In this document: positions 40,145-49,764 of the stretch, in pieces | Numbering within the stretch: the first letter of the stretch is position 1 | Layout of the letters: each line of letters begins with the position of its first letter | IMG/VR virus record: IMGVR_UViG_3300010355_000898 | Coordinates: 160,001 to 224,000 of that record | Length of the DNA: 64,000 bases | Source of the DNA: a virus | Taxonomy: Duplodnaviria; Caudoviricetes | Reading direction: 5' to 3' (one strand) | Notes under the pieces: generated by a model | The model's database searches: none | The model's input: only the letters and a program-made list of their open reading frames with translations | Told to the model about the DNA's origin: nothing | Program-made: the position numbers and the translations under genes

Positions 40145-41096
40145 CTTGAGATGATATCCAATCATATGTTTTTTCTAAACCATCATACAATTTCATGCTT
40201 GGTGACCAATTCAATTCTTTCATAATCAATCTGTTGTCTGATGATCTTCCTCTAACACCTTGTGGACCATCAATGTGTTTTATTTTGAGAGTTTTTCCAG
40301 AAATTTTTATGATCATTTCGGCAAGCTGATTGATTGATACCATTTCATCAGATCCAATATTGATTGGGTTTTTGAAATTTGATGCCATCAATCTTTCAAT
40401 ACCTTCAAGACATTCATCAATGTATAAAAATGTTCTTGTTTGATTTCCATCTCCCCAAATTTCAATTTCATCACCACTGTTTGCCATGGCTACTTTTCTA
40501 CAAAGAGCAGCGGGAGCTTTTTCTCTACCACCATTCCACGTACCAAGTGGACCAAAAATATTGTGAAATCTTGCTATTCTTATATCAATGTTTTTTGTCC
40601 TATTGTAGGTTGAATATAATCGTTCACTGAACAATTTTTCCCAACCATATTCACTGTCAGGATTTGCTGGATACGCTGAGCTCTCTTCACAATTTGGGTT
40701 ATTTGGATCCATTTGATTATATTCAGGATAAGCACATGCCGAGGATGAGTAGAATATTTTTACCTGTTTATGCAATCTGCTGACTGCATTCAATATGTTC
40801 AAATTTATCATTGCAGAATTGTGCATAATTTCAGCATCATTTTTGCCAGTGAACACAAATCCAGCACCACCCATATCAGCTGCCAACTGATAAATTGTGT
40901 CAGGTTTTGAAAGAAGTATCATTTCATTAACTTCAAGTTGATTTCTCAAATCAACAATGTTGAACTCTTTACATTTCATTCCATATTCATGATGTTTGAT
41001 GTCAACACCATAGACATCATGACCTTGCATTGTCAACTTTGTTGACAAGTGACCACCAATAAAACCACCTGCTCCAAGCACCAAAACCTTACTCAT
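40122..41096 (-). CDS. NAD-dependent epimerase, GDP-mannose 3,5-epimerase-like
   Basis: GAGGFIG, QLAADMGGAGF, YSSSACAYP, YGWEK, REKAPAALCRK, GVRGRSSDN. Confidence 0.9.
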   Translation of the reverse strand: MSKVLVLGAGGFIGGHLSTKLTMQGHDVYGVDIKHHEYGMKCKEFNIVDLRNQLEVNEMILLSKPDTIYQLAADMGGAGFVFTGKNDAEIMHNSAMINLNILNAVSRLHKQVKIFYSSSACAYPEYNQMDPNNPNCEESSAYPANPDSEYGWEKLFSERLYSTYNRTKNIDIRIARFHNIFGPLGTWNGGREKAPAALCRKVAMANSGDEIEIWGDGNQTRTFLYIDECLEGIERLMASNFKNPINIGSDEMVSINQLAEMIIKISGKTLKIKHIDGPQGVRGRSSDNRLIMKELNWSPSMKLYDGLEKTYDWISSQVRMNMFS

Positions 41097-41111
41097 AAAA
41101 CAAATAGTACT

Positions 41112-41915
41112 CTACTTTTTCAGATATTTGGCAGCCATTACACAACTCAATTTTGTTTTTTCATAACAATGATGTTCAAACCATTGTGTTGTGTCAATAA
41201 TTGGTATTCTGTGTTTTGAACAAAAATAGTTGTATGCTGTCTGTTCACTGCAAGACCAAATTTTTACTCTAATGTTTTCACCTTCTGAGAACTTAACAAT
41301 TGATGAAATGTCAACGTCAATAAGTTTTTGTGTCAAAATTTTCAATTCATCTTTGTGAGTATGAAATTTTTGTGGTAGTGCAAAAATACCCATATTGTGA
41401 ATATCAAAATTGCTGGTGTTGAATGCTTTTTCAGCTGCATACTTTTCACCCCAATGCAATTTTCCATCTGAACATTTACGTTCAAATTTCCACATCAGTG
41501 CATTATCATCAATCAAATTGAACAGATCATCACAGTTTTTTAAGCATGTCAAATCATTATCAAGTTTGATAACATTTTCATGTTCACAAAATTCTTGTGA
41601 ATAGTATTCAACTATGGGCCAAAAACAATATTCATGTTGTGACCACTTTTTTATCAATTCAGAATTTTCAACAACATTCAAATTGTTACAGTTGACATCA
41701 TATTGTGAAATTTTTGACAATAACAATTCTCTATTGTCAGTTAAGACATCATATTGCGTTTTTTTATTGTGATTTAGTACTGTTGCTATTGATGCTGCAG
41801 CATACTCAAAAATGTTATCCCTATTTTTGTAACCTTCTTTTGCCCAAACTCTACCACTGGAATACATTTTCAAAAAATCATAATCAAACACAAGACTGAT
41901 GAATTTGTTATTCAC
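41112..41915 (-). CDS. Putative GT-A fold glycosyltransferase
   Basis: VLTDN, IKLDND (DxD), HNMGIF, SEQ; GTG start coupled to the FkbM stop. Confidence 0.6.
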   Translation of the reverse strand: MNNKFISLVFDYDFLKMYSSGRVWAKEGYKNRDNIFEYAAASIATVLNHNKKTQYDVLTDNRELLLSKISQYDVNCNNLNVVENSELIKKWSQHEYCFWPIVEYYSQEFCEHENVIKLDNDLTCLKNCDDLFNLIDDNALMWKFERKCSDGKLHWGEKYAAEKAFNTSNFDIHNMGIFALPQKFHTHKDELKILTQKLIDVDISSIVKFSEGENIRVKIWSCSEQTAYNYFCSKHRIPIIDTTQWFEHHCYEKTKLSCVMAAKYLKK

Positions 41916-42559
41916 AACAACTCTTTCTTGACAAAGATTGCATCTCCCCAATCAAATTTTGTCATATTTGTTTCCATTCTTTTGTATCCAAATTGATTGA
42001 GATATTCTTCCAATTCTGGTAGAAGACAACAATTTTCATACAGTGTGTCTGTGTTGACTTCACTATAAATGAAATCAAATTTTGTTATGAGATTTCCAAT
42101 ACCTTTCAGAACTTTCAATTCGGCACCTTGAACATCCATATTCAAGAAATTGAACATGTTCAGATCAATATTCAAATTCTCATATATCTGATCAAAACGT
42201 TGTGTTTGCAATTTCAATACCTTATCAACTGTTATGTTTGGATAGTGCACAAGATGTTTATCAAGTTTCAGCATTGATGATGATGCCGATCTGAAATTGG
42301 TTGTTACATAAAAATCAACATGTTCTTCAGTGTCAGATAACAGAATATTGTATGCAACATTGTGATCATAAGTTTCAATATTCTGCTTCAGAATATTGAA
42401 TGTTTCAGGATTTGCCTCAAACCAGACAACATTTTTTACATCACAATTTGCATATGCTTCTCTCTCTTCACCAGTGCATGCACCAACATGAATTATGCCT
42501 TTGATCTGCTTTTTGGGATTGTATTTTTCAAACAGATCTTCAAATTTTATGTACATCAT
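41912..42559 (-). CDS. FkbM-family methyltransferase
   Basis: IHVGACTGEE, WFEANP, SSSML, LNMDVQGAELKVLKG, YSEVN, WGDA. Confidence 0.9.
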   Translation of the reverse strand: MMYIKFEDLFEKYNPKKQIKGIIHVGACTGEEREAYANCDVKNVVWFEANPETFNILKQNIETYDHNVAYNILLSDTEEHVDFYVTTNFRSASSSMLKLDKHLVHYPNITVDKVLKLQTQRFDQIYENLNIDLNMFNFLNMDVQGAELKVLKGIGNLITKFDFIYSEVNTDTLYENCCLLPELEEYLNQFGYKRMETNMTKFDWGDAIFVKKELL

Positions 42560-43266
42560 TTTATGATCCCCCGAATGTTTGGATTTATGTTGTATTCTTT
42601 ATGAAGATTTTTCAATTCATTTTCATACAATCTGTAATTCCATTTACCTTTTGATATTGCAGTACAAATATGTGGATATGCTTTACATTCATAATGATAT
42701 TTTCCAATCTTTTTTTCATCATTATGGTATGTAAAAAGACCTCTAATGTTTAGGCTTGTGCAAGCCTCTGTCCAATGTTTTCCTTCAAACCACAATTTTG
42801 ATTTTGCACGTTCATACAACTTTATGAAATCATGCCTTTTCCAGATTGTAATTTGCATTTGAAATATGTCTTGTACAAACTGTGGTGCTTCATAATAGTG
42901 TTCAACAATCAATTTCATATCATCATTGAATCCACACCTAAATGGTCTGATGTATGAATATTCTTTATGATTTGATAGAAAATCTGTGTGCATACTGAAT
43001 GCATTCATATCAATTTTTCCAATTGCTGTATGATCATCTTGTGAATATATGATGTAATCATAATCAATCTGATTGAGTGCATTTACCCAATGTTTATAGT
43101 AATCATCATCATTCTGATATTTCAAAAATGTATGATTTTGTACTCTTGGATCAACATCTGAAATCACATAGCTGTCAACATTGACGTATTTTGTCAACTG
43201 ACCAAAATGCATTGGCCAAATATCACAATATTTGTTGTTTGTGTATGTTACAATTGCAATTGACAT
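42556..43266 (-). CDS. Putative glycosyltransferase (GT2-like)
   Basis: YDYIIYSQDD acidic motif, QITIWK, AISKGKW; cluster context. Confidence 0.65.
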   Translation of the reverse strand: MSIAIVTYTNNKYCDIWPMHFGQLTKYVNVDSYVISDVDPRVQNHTFLKYQNDDDYYKHWVNALNQIDYDYIIYSQDDHTAIGKIDMNAFSMHTDFLSNHKEYSYIRPFRCGFNDDMKLIVEHYYEAPQFVQDIFQMQITIWKRHDFIKLYERAKSKLWFEGKHWTEACTSLNIRGLFTYHNDEKKIGKYHYECKAYPHICTAISKGKWNYRLYENELKNLHKEYNINPNIRGIIK

Positions 43267-44093
43267 GCGTTGTATTCATTATACAACTTTTCAATTGAAA
43301 TTTTGATTGATAATTCTGTTTGATGATCAATCTCATTTGTTCTTGCACTATCAATTGCAGGTGTCGTTTTCATAATTCCACCATCAATGATCGACGTAAG
43401 CATATTCATTTGTTCAAATTTTGTTGAAGCATACTTTTCAAATCCTTGCAATACAGGTACTTGCATAATGTCACACAATTTTTCAAATATATCTGTTCTC
43501 CAAATTGTAGGTCTGGATGTATAATGCCAATTTGTTTTCAAAAACTTGTATGAGTTTACATCATTACATTGTTCCCAAATCAATTTTTGATTTGAAACTG
43601 TATTGTAAAATCTGATTGCATCAGGATTTTTTGATTTATTTGTTATGTCACAATTGTACTGATTGAAATTGTTGAATTCAATAATCGGCACTCTAACGCA
43701 AGCAACATCTGCATTATTTTTATCATCCAAATGTTTGATGCATGCAATCAATTTTTCATTTGCATCTTGATGCATTATGAAATCATCATAACAATACATC
43801 AAATAGTCAGAATTGTTACGTTTTGCTTCCCATAGTGTTACAAAAAACACTGCAATATCAAAAAAGTTTTCATTGAAATGAACATACTTTTTGAATGGTT
43901 TGTTTTGTAATGTTTGCTTTACGCATTCAATTGAACAGTTATCAACTGAAACACAATTGAATTTTTCAATGTATTTGAATGTATTGATGCTATCATTGAA
44001 GTGTTTTTGACGATAACTTTTGTTGGCTTCATTAACATACGTTAAATAACCAATTGTCAATTTATTGTGCAAATTTGTTGAAAAATTGTTCAT
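43248..44093 (-). CDS. Putative glycosyltransferase (GT2-like)
   Basis: VDNCS, YLMYCYDDF, RPTIWR. Confidence 0.65.
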   Translation of the reverse strand: MNNFSTNLHNKLTIGYLTYVNEANKSYRQKHFNDSINTFKYIEKFNCVSVDNCSIECVKQTLQNKPFKKYVHFNENFFDIAVFFVTLWEAKRNNSDYLMYCYDDFIMHQDANEKLIACIKHLDDKNNADVACVRVPIIEFNNFNQYNCDITNKSKNPDAIRFYNTVSNQKLIWEQCNDVNSYKFLKTNWHYTSRPTIWRTDIFEKLCDIMQVPVLQGFEKYASTKFEQMNMLTSIIDGGIMKTTPAIDSARTNEIDHQTELSIKISIEKLYNEYNACQLQL

Positions 44094-44955
44094 AAAGTTT
44101 TGCAATATTGTTTATGTGAAATTGTTTTGCCCACTCATATGATCTGTTTGAAATATCCATTCTCAATTTATGATCACAAATCAACATTTCAAGTTTTTCA
44201 ATGAATTCATTTTTTGATGTTATTGATAACCATGCATCTCCACCAAATTCTTCAAAACTTTTATATCCACTTGAAACAGTTGGAATTCCATATGATTGAA
44301 AATTTGTCAATTTTGCATTTGGTTTGAATTGATGTACATATGATTTATAACCACAATTTTCAACAAAAATTGCTCCAATATCAATTGTTTTCATCAATTC
44401 ATGACATTCAATTCTTGTATTTGGATGTTTATGAACAAAATTGATATCATACTTTTTGCACAATTTTTCAACATCATCATATGCATCAAATTGATTCTGA
44501 ATTCCAATGAAACCTAAAGTTTCAACATTCTGTTTCACATCAATTCTATGTTTTTCAAAATTGACAGCATGATGTGGTATCACTGATATACGTTCATCAT
44601 CAATGAATTTTTTCATTTTCAATAATGCTGATGAATTGTTGACAATTATTCCATCAACGTTGTTAACATAATGCGACCAATCAATTTCATTTTCACCATT
44701 TGGATACTGTTTATGCTGATCAGCAACAGGTCTATCAAGAAGATCATAAACTATTTTGCAATTTTGGTGTTTCAATCTTTTTGCCAAATCAACATCAATT
44801 TGACGAATGAATATAACAATGGCATTATTCAATTTCAAGATTTCCTGTCTGTTCAAATTGATGTCAAAAAATCTTGAATCATTTATTACACCTGAAATTT
44901 GTATGCCTCTTATCAACCCAGATGTGCGTTCTTTCATTCCAATGAAAGCAATCAT
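44062..44955 (-). CDS. Putative glycosyltransferase (GT-B)
   Basis: IVYDLLD, VIPHH, KPNAKLTNFQSYGIPTV. Confidence 0.7.
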   Translation of the reverse strand: MIAFIGMKERTSGLIRGIQISGVINDSRFFDINLNRQEILKLNNAIVIFIRQIDVDLAKRLKHQNCKIVYDLLDRPVADQHKQYPNGENEIDWSHYVNNVDGIIVNNSSALLKMKKFIDDERISVIPHHAVNFEKHRIDVKQNVETLGFIGIQNQFDAYDDVEKLCKKYDINFVHKHPNTRIECHELMKTIDIGAIFVENCGYKSYVHQFKPNAKLTNFQSYGIPTVSSGYKSFEEFGGDAWLSITSKNEFIEKLEMLICDHKLRMDISNRSYEWAKQFHINNIAKLYEQFFNKFAQ

Positions 44956-45875
44956 TTCATAACCTCAAACATATATTGTACTCTTGCTTGTGCTGTATGA
45001 TATAGTTCAGCATGTTTCCAACAATCTGTCTGAATTGTTTTGAAAAGTTCATAATCTGATAAAACAGTTCTCAATTTCATATTCAATTCATCAATAGTGT
45101 CAAATTTGATACAATTTTTCATATCTTCAAAATCATGTGGCATTATAATATGCCATCTTTGGTATGCTGGAATTGCACCCTGACCTATAATTTCCCACAA
45201 TCTTGCATTGCAATCACCACCACCCCATGCATCAATTCCAATCTTTGATTGTTTCAGATTGTTGATATATTCATCAAATTTGATGCCCGATTTTTTGAAA
45301 ACTTTGTAATCTTTAAATTCACAATTATAGATTTGAGATCTCAAACCAGTTTGCAATTGACCAAAACATGTAAACAGATCATAATGACGATTATGATCAT
45401 CAAAATGTGTGTTCTGCACAATACCAAATGGTAATGGCACTATTCCTTTATCAATGTCATCAGGATAACATTCTCTTTTAAAGTACCATTTACACCTTCT
45501 GAAAAAATGATCATTAATCCAGGGTTCTCCTCGCCTTCTTAATGCATTATTCATTGATAACAAAACTTGATTTGGTAATGGGTATGCAGTTGCAGTCCAT
45601 TCACTACCATCAATGTATGCTACCTTTTCCCATGCATTTATATTGTTCAAAAGATTGTATTTTGGTGGTGAATTATCTCGAACTTTTCCAAAAAAAGCAA
45701 AAATGTAATCACAATCTTTTGCATATTGAATAAATTCATAATCATTCAAATTCTGTACACAACCATTACCAGAATTTGAAACCTCAAATTGTATATTAGC
45801 ACTCTTTAAGCCAGACAATACAGTTGAAACAAGATAATCATGTTTCCTATCTGGCGTTATGCAAGCTATTCTCAT
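44952..45875 (-). CDS. Putative glycosyltransferase (GT-B, Glyco_trans_1_2-like)
   Basis: YIDGSE, YFKRE, PLPFG, GGGDCNARLWEI. Confidence 0.7.
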   Translation of the reverse strand: MRIACITPDRKHDYLVSTVLSGLKSANIQFEVSNSGNGCVQNLNDYEFIQYAKDCDYIFAFFGKVRDNSPPKYNLLNNINAWEKVAYIDGSEWTATAYPLPNQVLLSMNNALRRRGEPWINDHFFRRCKWYFKRECYPDDIDKGIVPLPFGIVQNTHFDDHNRHYDLFTCFGQLQTGLRSQIYNCEFKDYKVFKKSGIKFDEYINNLKQSKIGIDAWGGGDCNARLWEIIGQGAIPAYQRWHIIMPHDFEDMKNCIKFDTIDELNMKLRTVLSDYELFKTIQTDCWKHAELYHTAQARVQYMFEVMK

Positions 45876-46792
45876 AATGCATCAATTATATTCATGAATT
45901 CATTACAACATTTTTCAATGTCAAGATTTCTGTAAATGATCTTTTTTCTGTATTTGTCAATATCATTTGACATGATCTTCAGTTTTTGAATGAAATCATC
46001 AAAATCTTGATACATTTCACCATGATGTTTACATACGTCTACGATTGCACCACCATCTCTGTGATAGAGAACTGGTAATCCACAACTTGCACCCTCTATA
46101 TGATGCATTCCACAAGGCTCATATCTTGATGCTGTCACATATATGTCACATTTTTGCAATTCTTTTCCAAGATTTTCACCATAAAGTGGCTCAATTAACT
46201 TTGTTGATTTTGGACGATATTGAGAATTATATCTTCCAATGTATGTGAATTCAAACTGATTGTTATCAGTAACAAATTGATCAATCTGATTATAGATGTC
46301 AAATCCTTTCATCCAATTGTCAGACCAATGATGTGTAACCAATCTAATCTTTTCATTATTGTGTTCAATTGGTTTGAATATTGACTGATCACAACCATTA
46401 TAGATGACATGTGATTTCTTGTTGTATCCAAGTTTTATGAAATATTGTTGTAACCATTCACTGATGAAAACAACTTCATCAGATACATTCATTGATTTCA
46501 TAACAACATTGTCAATATCGTTGGTGCCTTTTCTTGCGTCACATTCATTGACTCTGTACAATATTTTTGTTCTTGGATTTTTTAGTTTGTAATCATAAAT
46601 TTCATTGATTGATAATGAACCATCACCATCATATCTTGGATCAATCATAAAGATAACATCAATGTCATTTTCAAAATGATGCACAACTTTGTGACCATGT
46701 TGAATCAAAAAATCAACCATCGCAGTCAAAAATTGTGATCCACCACCCCAAGGTGTTTTGCGAACATTTCTGTTGAAATATATCTTTTTCAT
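45872..46792 (-). CDS. Glycosyltransferase, GT4-like
   Basis: WGGG, IYNGCD, MKGFD, ASRYEPCGMHHIEGASCGLPV. Confidence 0.88.
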   Translation of the reverse strand: MKKIYFNRNVRKTPWGGGSQFLTAMVDFLIQHGHKVVHHFENDIDVIFMIDPRYDGDGSLSINEIYDYKLKNPRTKILYRVNECDARKGTNDIDNVVMKSMNVSDEVVFISEWLQQYFIKLGYNKKSHVIYNGCDQSIFKPIEHNNEKIRLVTHHWSDNWMKGFDIYNQIDQFVTDNNQFEFTYIGRYNSQYRPKSTKLIEPLYGENLGKELQKCDIYVTASRYEPCGMHHIEGASCGLPVLYHRDGGAIVDVCKHHGEMYQDFDDFIQKLKIMSNDIDKYRKKIIYRNLDIEKCCNEFMNIIDAL

Positions 46793-47535
46793 ACAAAATT
46801 TTCCCATGGAGCACCATTTGCAACATAACCACGATTTCTTATGAAATCGGCTTCCATTTTTTGGAATTTTGCATCATCAGTTTGAAACGTTTCTGGTTTC
46901 ACGTCAATTGTGTAATGATACATTACCCTTGGTATGAAAACATTTTTTCTTGATTGATGAAGAACCGGAAGATAGAGGGCCTGATCTCCACAACGTTTTA
47001 CTGGATCACCGTTGTGATTTGAGAAATTTTCCCATGGAATATTTGTAAGCAATTGTTTTCTGAATGTTTTGAGATGACTTGTTACCCATGGTTGAACATA
47101 TACACTAATTCCCTCTTTTAGAGGAGCAGATATGTTGAAATCTGACATGTCCCAACGATGTTTTGACCAAGCACAATCACATCCAGTTTGTTCATAACAT
47201 GCATTAAATTGATACAATGCATCCAAATCACAAAGATAATCATCAGCATCAATTCTGCAAATGATATCATCATCATTACACTGTTTAATACCATTCAGAA
47301 CATTAACAGTTTCCCATTTCTTTTTGTCATTCCAAACTGTTATGATTTTGTGTTCATAACAGTTGAACTGTTTCAAAATTTCAATACATTTTTGTTTATG
47401 TTCTGCATCAGAAACATCATCAATCAGTACTAACTGCCAATTTTCATATGATTGACCAGCTAAACTGTGTAACATTCTTGCAAGTGTTTTGCTTGCATTA
47501 TACATTGGTGCAATGAAAACAAATCGATTATTCAT
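46789..47535 (-). CDS. Glycosyltransferase, GT2
   Basis: APMYNA, LIDDVS, RIDADD. Confidence 0.9.
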   Translation of the reverse strand: MNNRFVFIAPMYNASKTLARMLHSLAGQSYENWQLVLIDDVSDAEHKQKCIEILKQFNCYEHKIITVWNDKKKWETVNVLNGIKQCNDDDIICRIDADDYLCDLDALYQFNACYEQTGCDCAWSKHRWDMSDFNISAPLKEGISVYVQPWVTSHLKTFRKQLLTNIPWENFSNHNGDPVKRCGDQALYLPVLHQSRKNVFIPRVMYHYTIDVKPETFQTDDAKFQKMEADFIRNRGYVANGAPWENFV

Positions 47536-49453
47536 GATTAGTCCAAGAATTCATAATTTTGGGTTCAGATTCACTGATTGTAATCCAAGGAGTTGGACGA
47601 TTAAAATCAATCCTTGTGTGAAAAATCCAACCACCAAGATCATTTTTCATTCTTGTGGCCAATTTTTCAATTTCATCATCTGTAACTTCTGACCAAGATT
47701 TTTCGAAAAACATATTATTTTCTGGTATGTCAGTTTGAACTTTGTTGAAGAGTGACATCCAATGTTTTGACCAATAATTTTTGTATGTGTGTATTTTTCG
47801 CTCAATATTGAACCATGAATAATGATAAATGCTTGGAACATTTTTGATCAAATTTTTTGCCCAATTTTCATATATTTTCAATGCTGATGCATTTCCATTC
47901 AATGCATCAAGACGAATTTTTTCAACATCTTGATGATAGAATGTTGCAAATGGAACGCTTTCAAATGTGTCACAGAAAATGTAATCACATCCATCAGATC
48001 CCAAAGAATAGAGCTCGCCATTTTCATCATATGCTCTGTGATTTTTTGGTATGCCATGTGTAATATTTGACACATTTCTTGACAATCTCCATTTCCATGG
48101 ATTTACATCAACTCTAACCTTTTCATGACCACCCCAATATTCAATCACTGGCAATGCAATGAGATCACATTGTTCTGGGAAGTTTTTTGCAATATTTCTG
48201 ATCTTTTCATAATCATGTTCATTAACAACTTCATCAATATCCTGCTGCCAACAATATTTCCCTTTACACTGTTCTCTTGCATACGCTTTCTGTTGACCAT
48301 CAAACAATGCAAATCTTTTATCATTCCAATCCCTTTTTAGTTGTTTCAATATCAATTTTGGTTCTTCAACTGACCATTTTTGCAATTCTTCCCATGTACC
48401 ATCAGTTGAACCACCATCAATGACAACAACTTCATCACAAAATCCCAATAGTGAAATTATTGATTGTCGCCAAGGATATTTTTGTTCAATACAATTTCTT
48501 GTTTGAGTATATCCTGACAAAAGAATGTCATTTTTTGCATCATTAACAGAATTCCAAAACACATTTTTTGCATTTGTAAGATGTTCAATCATGTCATGAT
48601 TTTCACCATTGAACCATTGTTCATTTTTATGTTGAACATGATCATTGATGATCAGTTTACAATTGAGCATTTTTGCTTCAATTACCATTCTTGGACATGT
48701 GTCACCACCATTTGGCAAATAAACAAATCCTTCTGCTGATGCAATTTTTTTCAATGTTTCATCATATGAAAGACCCCAAATTATTTCTGGATTTATGTTT
48801 TTTGATCTGCACCAATTGAGTGCATTTTCATATCCTTTGACCCAAGATTGTGATCCAAGTACAATCCACCCAGATTTTTTTTCATTCTGTAATTCAAGTT
48901 TCAGTTTACTGATTGAATTCAGAGTATCATCTGAAAATACACTTGACAGAATGATGTTTTTTGTATTTGAAAGATATGAAAATCTTGTATGATATATGTT
49001 CTTTTGTGTTTCAGACATCCAAAACAGAATCTTTGCACCCTTATACAGTGATGCAATCATTTTTCCATGTTCTGAATTGTGACAATTGCATGGAACATGC
49101 TCTAAAAACATATGCTTTTCAATTGATCTGTGTACACAAAACTTGTAATCATATTCAATGACACAATAGTTGAGCATGCTGATAATGCTGGGGATTAGGT
49201 TATTGTTCATTGTTGAACAATTGCAGAAGATCCAAAATTTGTCCCTATTCTGCTCTATGATCTTTTTTGTGAGATTTTTTGCTTTCAATCTTGTGACTGA
49301 ACTTGAACTTTTGGCGCTCTGTATGAGCGCCTCTGTGGTCAATTCTGCACCACCAGAATATTCATCTGCAAAAAGATCAGCAACAAAAATATATTCAGCT
49401 TCCTGTGGAATCTGTTCCATGACATCAAATAATGATTTTGAAAAATCAAACAT
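47528..49453 (-). CDS. Bifunctional glycosyltransferase: N-terminal GT-B (GT4-like) fused to C-terminal GT2
   Basis: GGAE, WVKG, DTCPRMVIEAKM, then CDEVVVIDGGSTDGT and QQDIDE. Confidence 0.85.
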   Translation of the reverse strand: MFDFSKSLFDVMEQIPQEAEYIFVADLFADEYSGGAELTTEALIQSAKSSSSVTRLKAKNLTKKIIEQNRDKFWIFCNCSTMNNNLIPSIISMLNYCVIEYDYKFCVHRSIEKHMFLEHVPCNCHNSEHGKMIASLYKGAKILFWMSETQKNIYHTRFSYLSNTKNIILSSVFSDDTLNSISKLKLELQNEKKSGWIVLGSQSWVKGYENALNWCRSKNINPEIIWGLSYDETLKKIASAEGFVYLPNGGDTCPRMVIEAKMLNCKLIINDHVQHKNEQWFNGENHDMIEHLTNAKNVFWNSVNDAKNDILLSGYTQTRNCIEQKYPWRQSIISLLGFCDEVVVIDGGSTDGTWEELQKWSVEEPKLILKQLKRDWNDKRFALFDGQQKAYAREQCKGKYCWQQDIDEVVNEHDYEKIRNIAKNFPEQCDLIALPVIEYWGGHEKVRVDVNPWKWRLSRNVSNITHGIPKNHRAYDENGELYSLGSDGCDYIFCDTFESVPFATFYHQDVEKIRLDALNGNASALKIYENWAKNLIKNVPSIYHYSWFNIERKIHTYKNYWSKHWMSLFNKVQTDIPENNMFFEKSWSEVTDDEIEKLATRMKNDLGGWIFHTRIDFNRPTPWITISESEPKIMNSWTNHE

Positions 49454-49459
49454 AGTATC

Positions 49460-49489
49460 ATTGTACGATCAAATGATCAACTATGTACA
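49460..49489 (-). promoter_or_regulatory. Sigma70-type promoter TGTACA-N18-TACAAT heading the glycan locus; leaderless geometry
   Basis: -10 box ends 6 nt before ATG49453. Confidence 0.65.
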
Positions 49490-49550
49490 AAATAAATCAC
49501 TAATGAAAAAAAGTTCCTTTACAAGTCATTTTGGGTTTGTAGATATCTAT

Positions 49551-49610
49551 TCAGTGGTCAGTGGTCAGTGGTCAGTGGTCAGTGGTCAGTGGTCAGTGGT
49601 CAGTGGTCAG
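49551..49610. repeat. Perfect heptamer array (TCAGTGG)x8 plus TCAG
   Basis: Read directly from the sequence. Confidence 0.97.
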
Positions 49611-49764
49611 AGATACTAGATCTAAAGATTACTAGAGATACTAGATCTAAAGATTACTAGAGATACTAGATCTAAAGATTACTAGAGATACTAGATCTAA
49701 AGATTACTAGAGATACTAGATCTAAAGATTACTAGAGATACTAGATCTAAAGATTACTAGAGAT
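49609..49764. repeat. Perfect 25-bp tandem array (AGAGATACTAGATCTAAAGATTACT)x6 plus AGAGAT
   Basis: Period 25 read directly; no spacers; each unit holds the palindrome TAGATCTA. Confidence 0.97.

Noticed and set aside
31511-49453. Bacterial LPS/capsule locus, i.e. a chromosomal window
   Set aside because: No flippase, polymerase or priming transferase recognised; the locus is interleaved with phage-type genes and continuous with baseplate genes of similar composition
49170-49619. ORF ending in SVVSGQW repeats
   Set aside because: Antisense to a clear glycosyltransferase; the peptide repeat is only the translated heptamer array
49609-49764. 25-bp repeats as a CRISPR array
   Set aside because: Units are head-to-tail with no spacers, and no cas operon is present
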